In this document: positions 49,545 to 61,742 of the stretch, one piece after another
How the letters are laid out: every line of letters starts with the position of its first letter
Position numbering within the stretch: position 1 is the first letter of the stretch
Assembly: GCA_013239625.1 (NCBI GenBank)
Contig: MU054220.1
Span: 2,727,374-2,791,373, forward strand
DNA length: 64,000 nucleotides
From: Lama guanicoe
Lineage: Eukaryota
Reading direction: 5' to 3'
Made by a program: the position numbers and the translations under genes
The notes under the pieces: model-generated
The model's database searches: none
What the model was told of the DNA's origin: nothing
The model's input: only the letters and a program-made list of their open reading frames with translations

Positions 49545-50490
49545 ACATGTAATCCAGCTGCTACTGAACAACTTCACTTGAATGTCCCACAGGCTTCTCC
49601 AACTCAGGATGTCCCAGACTGAACTCATTATCTTCTCTCCAGCTTGCTTCCTGTGATGTTCCTCATTGATGTAAACGTTACCACTGTCTACTGTCATACT
49701 CAAGCCAGAAACCTGTGAAAGGCTTCCTTGATTGTTCCCTTTCACTCATCTCCAAATTTCAGTCATTAGGTCCTGCCAGTCTTCCTCTTAAATAGCTCTT
49801 AAATCTATCTTATCTCCATAATCACAGCTTTAGCCCATGCCATCATCATCTCTTGCCTGGCTTATTAAAAGAGCCCCTTTGTGGATCTCCCTGCTTCTAG
49901 TTTTCCTCCCTTCCATTTACTGTAACTAGAGTGAATCTTCAAAAACGCAAATCTGAACCATGGCTTAAAACCCCTCATGTCTTCTCTTTGCTCTTAGGAC
50001 CAGGTCCAGAATCCCCAAATGACATAAAAACCTGTATGATACTTGTTTGCTTTTCCCAACCTCTCTGCATTTCGCTCTTTCTGTCTTTCACTCCAAATAC
50101 CAGCCATTTGGGAGGTTCTCTCACTAACTAAATGGACCCTGATCCTCTGTGCCTTTGAACTTAACCATTTTTACTTCTTGAGGCACTGCTCTCCCTACCT
50201 TGGCAAACTCATATGCATCCTTCAGGTCTCAGTGTAAAAACTTTCCTCCTGGAAGCCTTCCTTGACCTCTAGGTCAAGTTAGGTCTAACTGTTGGGTGTT
50301 CACCTGGTGCGTCCTATTCCCTTTAATCTAGCATTCATTGTATTTAATTGTAACTGTTCATTTATCTTTTCTGGCTTCTGGGTTTTAAACTCAGGATGAT
50401 GAGAGGATGTCATCTTTTTATTCAAGAGAATATTCTCTGTGCCTAGCATACTGTATTGTATTCAATAAATATGTGTAGTGAAAGAATTAA
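49545..50490 (+). mobile_element. L2 (nested in the L1)
   Basis: 'atccagctgctactgaacaacttcacttgaatgtcccacagg...ctcaagccagaaacctg...gtgcctagcata...tcaataaatatgtg'. Confidence 0.8.
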
Positions 50491-50709
50491 TTGCCAGAGC
50501 CAAAACATACTAGAAAGTTACAATAGGTGAAATAGTATTATGCTGGCAGTATTAAACTGATCAGCAGAGCAAAACAGACTCAAAAATGAAACTTTAATGT
50601 AAATTGGAACTTAATTTACTATAAAGGTAGGGAAAGATGGATTATTTAATAAATGATATTAGAACAATTGGCTGTCCACTTAAGGAAAAATATCAAATTA
50701 GATTCCTAC

Positions 50710-51320
50710 GTCAGTTAGGACTGTTTTGGTTGCAAGTTACAAGCTCAATTCCAACTAGCTTAAGCCAAAAAGAGAGGATTTATTGGAAGGATTTAAAGGT
50801 ATCATTGAAAGGAGGGAATAGCTGAACAACTAAGCTTCAGGAATACAAGAAGCAGCAAACCTCTTCAGCCCTTACAGACTCAGAAGCTGCTAGGGTATTT
50901 TCTCTTACATCTTATGTTCTCAGCTTTATTTTCTTCTACAGTAGATTAACTCTACGTGGCAGGGAATGTAGCCTGTGGCAGCCTCCAGGCTCGAAACTTC
51001 GTCACCTTTTGAAGAAAAGTGCTCTCTAGACTTATCTCCATGTTCAGTATCCCCAGGGAAGTACTTTGATTTGTGTGGCTTGGGTGCCATGCTTGCCTGA
51101 TATCCCCATGTAAGGCTTAGAGCAATAGCTGTGTCCAAGGAGACAGGGTACTGTAAGCTTCTAAACTATGTCGGTTTCGGTGGGGGCATATGTGTGCGTG
51201 TCAGTGTGTGCACTGTGGGGAGGGTAATGGTAAGAAGAAAGTCTCCTCAAGAAAAGGAAGTGGGTAGCAGAGCCACCGCCGCAGAGGAACTTGTGATGAA
51301 CCGATGGTCACCCTAATTTT
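50710..51320 (-). mobile_element. ERVL-MaLR LTR (MLT1K/L-like), nested in the L1
   Basis: 'gtcagttaggactgttttggttgcaagttacaagctcaattccaactagcttaagccaaaaagagaggatttattgg'. Confidence 0.65.
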
Positions 51321-52042
51321 TGTCTATTTCACATCCACTCCAAAAAAAAAATAGATTTAAAGTGGATTAGAGATAAAAATATAAAAGTGTAAAAATACTA
51401 GAAGAAAACAGTTCTGTTGGTTTTAAAAAATCTTGGAATGTTGAAGACCTTCCTTAACATAAGAAGACCAGAAACCATCCAGGGAAAGACTTAATAACTT
51501 AAGGGGAAAAAAGAAGAAGAAAAACCTTTCTAAGGCAAAGGCAGTAAAAACAAAATTGCAAGAACAGCAATAAAAACTCAAGAAAAATATTTTCAATACA
51601 TGTGACAAAGGATTATTAGTCTTAAATATAAAGAGTTCTTATTTATGCATCTCCAAGAAAAGGATGAGCATCCCAAAGGAAAAGTAGATGATGGACATTA
51701 ATAGGCAATCCGCAAAAGAAATAAAAATGTTAGTGTATGTACAGAGAAGGAAACATCAATGGGCAAAAATATATGAAGGCGGATCAACCTTATTAGTAAT
51801 TAGAGAAATGAGATTTAAAATCACAATGAGATTCCACTTTGCTTCTGCTGGATTGGCAAAAATTAAAATACTCAGCAGCAACAACCATTGCCAAAGGTAG
51901 AGCAGCAAGAAGCCATGTGCATGCTGGATGAAATGTAAAGTGGTTCAGCCACTTTGGAAAACAATTTTGCATTTTCTACCAAATTTGAAGATATATATAT
52001 GTTATGGCCTACCAGTTCTACTACTAGATACATACTCTAGAA

Positions 52043-52425
52043 CAGCACTGTCCAGTAGAAATAGAACAGAAGTTACATATGTAATTTAGAATTTTCTAGG
52101 AAGCCACATTACAAAAAAGTAAACAGATAATTAATTGTAATTAAAATTACATAATACCTAACTATATAATGATTAATCTTATTTGTGTATTTTATTAAAC
52201 TAAATTTTATTAACTACAAATTTTATTAAATTTTATTTATATAAAAGTATATTTAAAATATTACCATTTCAACATATAATCAGTATTAAAGATTACCAGT
52301 GAGATGTTTCCTTTGAAATCTGATGTTTATATTTTGCATTTACAACATATTTCAATTCAGAGTTGCCACATTTCTAGTGCTCAGTAGCCGTATGTGGCTA
52401 GTGGATACAGTATTGGACAGTGCAG
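52043..52425. mobile_element. MER33-like hAT-Charlie element
   Basis: TIRs cagcactgtccagta / tattggacagtgcag; 8-bp TSD ctctagaa / ctctagag. Confidence 0.9.
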
Positions 52426-53080
52426 CTCTAGAGACATTCTTATACTAGAATATTCACAGGAACCTTTTTAATAATAACAGAAAATTGAACCAATCTAGAT
52501 GTCCTTTAACAGTATAGATAAATTGTGGTAAATTCCCACGGTGGATTGTTGTACTCTACTTTAAAAAACGAATGAACTGCAGGCATATGTATCAACATGG
52601 AGAATTTCACAATATTGGGCAAAAAACATACGAGTCACAGAAAAATATATTAAAACTGATAAAACATTGTGTATGGATAGTTACATAAGTAGTAAAGTTA
52701 TAAAGGAAAAAAGGAGAATGATTAAAAAATGTTTTCAGGAGAGTAACTACCTCTTGGGCAGGAGGAGAGGAATGCAGTTGGAGAGAGTCTCCCAAGGATG
52801 CAAAGATGTTGATAATAGCCTGTTTGCTAGAGATATGTATGTATGTACGTACATATACATAAACATTCATACATACATATACTCTTGTGTAAATTATTTA
52901 CTGTATTAAAATCATTAATGGCAAGTAAATATGAAGTGATTTTTTGCTTATCAAACATAACATTTTAAAGATGTCAAGTCCTTGTACTCGTAAGGGATAG
53001 ACAAACAGGCAGTTCACACACAATTGATGAGAATACACAGCCTCTCTGGAGAGCATTTTTGGAATAGGAGTCCAAGTTTT

Positions 53081-53870
53081 TTTTTTTAATTGCAGTGCAT
53101 TTATTAGACTGTAAGCCTCAGGGACAGGGACCATGGTGGTTGTATTCTTTGTGCCTAGTATTTATTGAATAAATGAATGAATGTTTTTTGAGAATTATGA
53201 CTAAATATTTGTTCAGACTATGAAAATCTTCAGAAGATAGGGACTGAGTCAGCAGAGGAAAGGGACTAGCTTGGCTGGGCCAAGTTGGGGACAGGTGAAA
53301 CTTTACAAGGAGGTGACGTTAAACCTGCAGTGTTGCCACAAATTCTGCCCCCTCTGAAACCTTGCCTGGCTTCTCCAATCCTCAGGGACTCTCCTCTTCT
53401 GAACTGGGCACTTTAAAAGTATTTTGGCACTTCTATTCCTAATGGCATTGTTTTCTTTTTCATATGAATGTGTCACATGTCCCTAATTAAGCTACAGTCT
53501 CTTTTATATATGTACATTTTTTCGGATTATTTCCGACTATAGGTTATTATCGGATACCGAATTTTGTTCCCTGTGTTTTATACTAAATCCTTGTTGGTTA
53601 TCTACTTTATGTACAGTGTTGGAATCTGTTAATACCATATTCCTAATTTATCCTACCCCATCTTCTTTTTCCCCTTTGGCAACCGTAAGTTTGCTTTCTA
53701 TGTCTATGAGTCTGTTTCTGTTTTGTATATAGATTCATTTGTATTATTTTTTAGATTCTACTTATAAGTGATATTATATAATATTTGTTTTTCTCTGTCT
53801 GACTTACTTAGCTGATAATCCATGTTGCTGCAAATGGCAATATTTCATTCTTTTTTATGGCTAAGTAGTA
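53081..53870 (-). mobile_element. L1 3' fragment plus ~415 bp of non-L1 DNA and a poly(A) tail: transduction-like insertion
   Basis: TSD aggagtccaagtttt / aggaatccaagtttt (53066-53080 / 53871-53885); minus-strand AATAAA at 53100-53105; T-run 53077-53087; L1 text at ~53503-53870. Confidence 0.75.
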
Positions 53871-53885
53871 AGGAATCCAAGTTTT

Positions 53886-54330
53886 AAATTCGCCTACCCT
53901 TTAACCCAGCAACCTAACTTCTAGTAATTTATTCTCAGGAAAGATTCAAGTAAATGATTAAAGATTTATTTACAAGGATATTTATTAAAGCTTTTTAAAA
54001 TAATAACAGAAAATTGAAAACCATTCACTCTAGGGAATTGGTTAAAAGAAGTATGGTGTATTCATAAATGCAGTTGTTAAGAAAAAGAAGTAGACGAATA
54101 CGTGTATTGACATGAAACACATCCATGACATATTGTTAAAATAAGGACAGAAGAGCATGGGATATACAATCCCAATATTGTTTTATAAAAGTAGAAAAAC
54201 TTCAGAAATAATAAATCAAACAATTAACAGTGCTTATCTCTGAGGCAGAGGGACAATTACTTGATATTTTAATATTTTGGAAAATTTTAAATGAAATTGC
54301 ATTACAGTTATAAACAGGAAAATATAGGGC
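53886..54330 (+). mobile_element. Old L1ME 3' fragment (host of the 53081-53870 insertion; its upstream part lies at ~53030-53080)
   Basis: 'taccctttaacccagcaacctaacttctagtaatttattctcagg...tatggtgtattcata...atccatgacatattgttaaa'. Confidence 0.7.
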
Positions 54331-54929
54331 TATCCCTCACCCTTTTTCTTCCAAGATTGGCGTCGTTTTGTGTTGCAGGACCCTAAGGACACTGGTTGTT
54401 ACTCTAGATTTCTCTAAGTCAAACTGTAGTGTCTTTTCCTTTTGAGAAATGTAATCAAGCATTTATGTCTCACTCCCATTTCCATAGTCTCTGGGTAAGT
54501 GTCACTCCTGAAAATTCAAGGATAATTCCAGCTTTTGAGTATAGTGTTAATAGTCTCTGAAAAAATAAGATTATTGTATCCTTTGTTAGGAATTGTTAGG
54601 CATTACAGACAAAACCAGAGGAAGTCCCAGCCAAACTCTTGATTTGACCTGCCTCAGAGTGCCTGTTAATCTAAAGGGAAAAGAATCTGCTAACTAAACA
54701 ATTTAAAATACATACTGCCTTGTTATGCATGTTTATTATAAACTTTATAGAGAGATAATGAATTTGTGCAGTTTGCATGAACAGTTAGGTTAAATCCTGC
54801 CGGATCTCCACGTCATTGGGTCCTGTGCACTGTCTTTGGGTTTCTGTTTCTAGGCTTCAGCTCCATTCCCTTCCCTTCCCCCCTCTCTCAGCAGATGGTT
54901 TCAGGGTTCACCAGGGCCCCTTCCAACTG

Positions 54930-55290
54930 TAATAGTCTATGATTCTTTGCTGTTGGGTTTTTTTTAGCCAAGGAAGTGACATAATCGATCTGAGTTATGC
55001 TTTCTTGAAATTAATCTGGCAGCACTGTACAGAAAGGGAGAAATGGGGGGCGGACATACAGTTAGAATCATATTATTACAGTTTGGGTAAGCAAATTATT
55101 TCTGACACAGGTAAGGGGCAAGAAGTATGAGGAAGAGAGATTGGGAATGAATAGTACTGCAGGTGCAGAACGAGAATCAATGGGATTAGGAATCAGTTGA
55201 ATCTGGGCCACAAGGCAGAGGAAGAAGGAAAGATGATTCTGAGACTTTGAGCTGGGGAGGCTAAAAATGTATGGCACATGGTCCAAGAGC
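54930..55290 (-). mobile_element. Antisense L2 fragment
   Basis: 'tttttagccaaggaagtgacataatcgatctgag...aatctggcagcactgtacag...atgattctgagactttgagctggg'. Confidence 0.6.
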
Positions 55291-55498
55291 ACTTCTTTAC
55301 TAAATGAGCCCTTATACGAGAATTTCTTGTAGAACTTCACTCACTAATACAGTCTCTAGCTCCTTATGGTTCTGTATTATTTGCTATTTAAAGCACTTAT
55401 TTACTTGTGAGTAAATGTGGATAGGTGCTACTGTTCTGAAATCAGCACTTTTTTCTGGTCAGTCCCAGCCCCACCCCACAATAGTAGAATTACTTGCA

Positions 55499-55533
55499 TA
55501 CACACACACACACACACACACACTCACTCACAC
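55499..55533. repeat. (CA)n microsatellite
   Basis: Seen directly. Confidence 0.95.
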
Positions 55534-58500
55534 TCGAAATGCAGTTTAGAAGAAACAATGTTCAAGTTCTGAAAATTGCAAATTCAAAAATATAAGCAAA
55601 AATTATTGAATGAAAGCATAAAATATGATTTGAACACTTATTATGTTTATGATGCAGGTTGTTTCTGTAAAGGATCTAAGAAGTATGTATTTTAGGTTAA
55701 AAGATCTTTTTTAGTTTTCTGTTCAAGGATGTTATAAAATTAAATTTTAGTAACAGTAGTAGACTAATGAAAAGCAGCTTATTTATACATTTTGGGCTAA
55801 AAAAAAGAATACTTTCCCCATTGTCCGTTTTCAGATTATTTTTTTAAGTGCTATTATTGAAATCAGATTTTAGTCCCCCACTGAGTCAAAGAAGAATCTC
55901 ATGATCGTAATGTTAGACAAATGTTAAAAACCTGGGGAAATCATATGATTAGAATAAAAGATTGTGCAGTGTCCTCTTATAGTGAAAGAAGCATTCTTGA
56001 TTGGAGAAGAGAAGTTTATGGAGAGAAAAAAATATTTTTGGTTGGTTGACACTCAAAGAAATAAGAGAATAGAAACCAAAAATATAGCTTGGTCATATTC
56101 TCTGGAGAGTTCTTTTCGGAGGCTGGGATTCAAACCTATAGTAGCTTTTAGTGTATTAGCAAGATATTCCCCAGACAGAGTCAGCAGTTTCGCTCTATTA
56201 TTTTGTGGTGATTCTTTGTCCAAGGGCTGTTATTAATAACAACCTACTGTATGAGTTGTATATGTCTGGGCTTTTTTCTTGCTGTAGTAGAATTACATTT
56301 CAGTTTTGAGAATAAATTTCAGTGAGAAGGATAATTATCAAATCAAGTTATAAAACATCATTCAAAGGATAAGTCTTTTAAAAACCTGTCATAAATAAAG
56401 AGTATTTTATCAGCCTCCTCCTCCCAATTTAGAAATTCACATTTTAATTTTATTTTATGCCTTTATTGTTATTTTTACTGTGTAACTGGAGAATAGATAA
56501 GATTAGAAAGATTGGAGTAAAGTTGAAGAAATACTTGAAACTAAAAGCATTCTAGTGGCGATTTATTGTTTTTATTGCAGGTACTCTGTTAGAAATGATG
56601 TGAAATTTATTGCTAGGTTTTTAGGTTATGTTTAAGGAAATAGAGTTTAACAATGAAGACAGTGAAGAATTTTTTGAACCTTAAGCTCAAAGAGAATTTT
56701 GAGTAGGGTAAAAGAAAAAATAGTCTGTTTTCAGAAGTTACTCATTTGGATCTCCAGAATGGAATATATTGTTTTGGGAACCTATTTATTATATGAGGAA
56801 AAATTCAACACAAGTCATTGTTAGACTTTGTGAAACTCAGTAAGTATCAAGTAGAATTAATCAGTGAAAAAGGATCTCAGAACATTAAGTGCAAAAAATT
56901 TTGCCAGAGAATATGAGATAAGAAGTTATCATTGATATCCTGAGTTAACTCCTTGAATCCCTGAAGTTTAGTCCATCATGGCAGATACCACTCTTTTAGG
57001 AGCTATGTTTTGTTTTGGAAAGGTAAAATTCAGACTAATAAACTGTGATCACATCAACATTGGCCTTTGGCTCAATTTGGAGATCCAGTAGGATTCATTC
57101 TGTGTTCATGTGTCTTTCAGGGGTGTAGTAATACACACTTAAAGCAAATGAAAAATGAAAAACTCCTTTTAAAGGCAAGCTTTTAAAGTGTAAAGTATTT
57201 TGACATATAGACTTAATGTGAGCATTACAACTGAATCAGGAAGGCTTGAGGGGGAAACCTTTCCCCCAGCCAAATACAGTAGATAATATAATTATATTAT
57301 TCTATATTATATTATTCTAATTATGAAAATAATATATTTTATTGTAAAACCTTCTATTATTTCAGCAAAGCAAAAACTACTTATAAGCATAGGATAACTC
57401 AACTATTAATATTTTGATGTACAATCTTTTTCAATAGAAATTAATGTAAGATTTTCCCAAAAGAATCAGGACTTTCCAGTTAAAAATTCAAGGATGACAG
57501 CTGTATGTGCATGTTCTTGAAAATTGAAATCATTTGTATCCTGACACCAAACTGTTGCTGGAAAGCTGAAGTTTTCAGGAGAATTAAGAATACAAGTAAG
57601 GTTTTTGGATAAGACAGTGTTTTCAAATCCTTCTTTGTTGTATCCTCCAAAGTTTACCTTTCAAAAACAGTTTGTCCCCAGATATTCCCAACTCAAGCAT
57701 TTAGAGAATTAACTACCAGCCTATTAAATAATTTCAACTGTAGTAAATATTACTCTGTTTGTATTATTAGGCTGAAGTGAATTTTTTATTGGCAAAGAAA
57801 GAAAATGGTAGTTTGGGCTGCTTTCCCTCAGCATGATACAGGGTCCATCATGGACAGGGAGTGATTTTCTGTGATACCCAGAAAGGAATTCTTAATGTAC
57901 TTACTATAAACAAGAAAGTAAAATAATAACCACTTTGCTTATTAAGTATCTTCCCAATGTGAATTATATACTGAAAATAGGATAAAGAGGCGATAGGAAA
58001 CATTCTTTAAAAGGTGTCCACTGAATACTGATTTCTGAGAAGGTAGCTTTATCCACGTGGGAACAAAAAGTGTCTTCTCATAGCTTTGACTGTTACTCCT
58101 CATGGGATGGCAAGTGAATCGGAATGTCTTTAACGCTTGGATATTTTAAAGACTTAAGCAGTACATTTAGTTGATTGGTTTGCTTCATTCTTGAAAGAGT
58201 TGTATGCATTAAAGACTTCATCAAATTGCATTGTATTTGTGTGTTTTCCTGTGCAGGCGTTGGCATTCAGGAGTAGGTAGTACTGTTTTCAAAGTCCAGA
58301 AAGGGAAGGGTGCTCAGTTGCCTTTATAAAGGCAATTTCTTGGTTGACTGCGACTGAGTGCAGAATTATAATACTGAGGGCCTAATTTATAACAGAAAAT
58401 GCAGGAGTTGCAAACCTGTTAAACCCCTTATACATGTATAAGTAAGGTAAACAATGGCAGATTAGCATGGAGTATTGTCTGATGTGAATAATCTTAAAAA

Positions 58501-59779
58501 CAAATTTCATTGGCCTGTGCATGTTGTACCTGTTAACACAGAGAAAAACCTGTAGAAATCTGTGCATCATCCTTGAAATATAATAAATCAGGGAGAAAAA
58601 GCAGAGCAAAGTGAGACAGCTGCTGCTTGGATTGGCAGCCTGTTTATAATCTGGGAGGCTCATAGCTGGATTGCTGTGCTGTGTGCTGTGCCCTCACACA
58701 TCAGATAGGAATGATGTGTGTGTGTATGTGCACATGCTGCTACTCTCAGACTTCTAATTTTTCAGAAAAGGATTCCTTTTCCTGCATAGAAATGGAACAT
58801 GCTAGCAAAAGCAGATTTTGTGGGTGCTAAACACTCAACATTCTCTCCCCAGGACCTCTGGGCATTTTTCCGTGCTGGGGGAAAGACCTTTGGTGGGCCA
58901 GGCATTTAAATCTGTAAGGCCTTCTCGGCATTCTTCGTGAGGCTGCCTCTGCTGAGTGAGCGAGTCATGTGGGACAGAATGTCGCATTTCAGTACCTTTT
59001 GGCTATCTGTGCACGTTAGACAATAACGATTGCCAAGCCAACGTGTCTCAGGCTTTTTAATTACGGATTTAAATGCCCACAGGAGCTCTGCTCATATGTT
59101 GATTCCACTGCTTGACTTTAAAGGATTTTGGGGTGGGGGGCATTTTCTAATTTAGATGATAAAAGGCAGTCAGCTATTCAGCATGGAGACAATTTACCAC
59201 ATAAACTTGTTTGAGCAGCAAGCAGGGTATAGAAGAGGTGGCTAAAGCTTTTCCACGTTTTTATTCTGAGAAGGGGAAAAAGCGTCCTCAATACTCTTCC
59301 TTAGGTTTATTTTTAAGGGTCCAAAAAGAGATATATTAATAAAAATAACCTTGACACCTGTTTTTGCAAAGGATTGTTAAAGCATTGGAATGGCATCCTC
59401 GAGTCCACCTCTTGGCAGCTTTCACGCACCTTGAGCATGCTACCTATGTCAGAGATTGTCTGCAACTAAATTTTCCGAGGGCTGTGTTCCTCAAGGCACA
59501 CTTTTACTTCAAAAATACTTCCTGTGCCACTGAGCTTGGGTGTTTTCAGAACATTCTAATGGAATTTTAATTTTAAAACTCAAAACGTAATTATATAGAT
59601 ACGTCTAACTCCCAAAGGACCATTTAAAAGCCAAATATAACAGAATTTTGGATGTTCCTGTATTTTGGTTTATCCTTAGCCCAGGTCTCTCACATAATCG
59701 TGAATAATCAGAAAGCTGACTTTCTCTGTTGCCCCATCAGAGAATTAGAGAAAAGAGTATGTATTTAAATAACTTACAA

Positions 59780-60265
59780 GGCATGATCTGAGATTTTCTT
59801 TTGCTAAAAGGACATTATTGGGACATTGGCAAAAACTACTTGAGTAAAGTGTGTAGAAAATAATATTATATCAGTGTTGATTTTCTGATTTTTCCCCCTA
59901 ACATTTTATTATGAAAAAAATTCAATCATACAATAAAAGTTGACAGAATTTTATAATGAACACTCCAACAGTCATATGCCCATTACGTATACTTGCTTTG
60001 TCACATGTCTGTTCATGCATCCATCTTATCTGTCTTTCTATTTATTAGCAAAATAGTAGAGGCATATAATACTTGCAGCTACTCTCAGATAGTTCAAGGG
60101 GAAAAAAAGTGTTTGTGTGTGTCTGAGAGAGAGAAAAAAGAATAAAACAGATGTGGCAGAGTTAACATTTGGGGAGTCTGGATGAAAGTTTTATGGGAAC
60201 TCTCTGTGCCATTCTTAAAACTTATCTGTAAGTCAGAAATTATGTCAAAATGAAAAATTTTTAAA
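59780..60265 (+). mobile_element. L1MC-type 3' fragment with a nested antisense L1 piece (~59895-60030)
   Basis: 'aaaggacattattgggacattggcaaa...cttgcagctactctcagatagttca...ttaacatttggggagtctggatgaaag'. Confidence 0.65.
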
Positions 60266-61457
60266 GGAAAAATAAATTGAGATAATAGGAAAAGTATAAT
60301 TACTCAAATCACAATGTTCTCAAATGATTAGGGTTTTAGTATTGTCTTACTAGGAGGATGACATCTCGACTAACTATTATCATAGAAGGTCTAGACTTAA
60401 TGCTAAAACAGGAAGGAAGGGTTTATCTGCTTCATCAGTAAGAATTTGACTTTCATATAGAAACCAACTGAAATGTTTACCTGCTTATTGGTCATGTCTG
60501 AGTGGAAGGGACACAGTAAGTTTGGGCATAGAAAGTCAGTGGTGTTAAGACTTGGGAAGACTTCTCCCTTTTTAAAAATCTCTGACATAATATTGTGCTC
60601 AATTGGGAGATGGACAAAAGGTTTTAAGAATAAAGCTTTATACATGTGCCTGAGAGAAAAGTCTTCCCCTTCAGCATACCCACGTCAGGGTTGTCTCTTT
60701 CAGAGACAACTGCTTGTGGGTGGGCAGTGTATACTTGTTTTCATAAAGTGTCTAGAACACCGCTGCATAGCTGATGATTAGTGTCTAATGATGACAAGAT
60801 TAAGAATAAAAAATGGAACAGCATAATATAATGCTCATCTTGAACAACTTCCTGTGAGGAATTATTTTTTGGAAGGAATGTTTAATAATAAGGAATGATG
60901 GTTTTATAGGGTAGTCTAGAGATAGAGAGTCATTATAGTAGAGAAAAGGGAAATTAAAGAATCATCAGAACAGCAGGTTCAGCCTTAGAGAAATCCCCAA
61001 CTCTTATACAAGTAAGTTATAGAGGAAAAAAAATAGAAGAGAATCTGAACTAGATGGTTACATCAGAGTGAGACTTAAGTGAAAAGCAAGGATAAGCATT
61101 CTTTAATCAAAGAAGAGTGGTATTGCTTATTAACAGATGGAAAGTAAAGAAAGGCACTTTTGTGGAAGAAAGAGGACTACTAACAAAAAGAAGAAATGAG
61201 GAAGGAAGAGCAGGAGGGGAGAGGAGGAAAGGAGAGATTTTGATAGCCTAGACAATTAAGTGGGAGAATTAGGAAAATCAGAGAAAATAATAATTTGCTG
61301 GGAGTTAGGTTTATGCCTGGATCAAGGCATAAGTGAGAATGAGAAGAAAGATCAGCATCCCAGTTGGCCCTGCGTATATAAAAATCGTACAGTTGCAGGA
61401 GATATCCCCAGACACATCTTGTCCTTTCCCTGCTTTCTCATTTAGTTGCACCTAAAC

Positions 61458-61742
61458 CAGCATTTCCCAGACTGTGTTCCTTGGAACATTAAAGTCCCCG
61501 TTTGTTAACAGGTTTCATGAAAAAAGCATTCCGTTATTAGAAAATTTTAGGAGATACTGTATACTCTCTGCCCTTAGAGATTCTTAACATACGTTAACAA
61601 TTTAAAGACTGAAATTTTCTAGTAAAGAAATTAACTGTGTTTAATTTGGGCTTTGGCAAACGTATTAACCTCTTTTCCAAGAACACACTTCATATCTCAA
61701 GGTATATACCACCATTCCTCATTACATAATTTGGGATTGCTG
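61458..61742. mobile_element. Full-length MER112-like hAT-Charlie MITE
   Basis: TIRs cagcatttccca / tgggattgctg; 8-bp TSD acctaaac / atctaaac; internal sequence is the inverse of the element at 270-487. Confidence 0.75.

Larger units (their letters stand above)
48655..52910 (+). mobile_element. Fragmented ancient L1M(E): ORF1 remnant, ORF2 remnants and 3'UTR, interrupted by L2, MLT1 and MER33
   Basis: Collinear L1 text at ~48655-49535, 50490-50708, 51325-52042 and 52426-52910. Confidence 0.7.
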
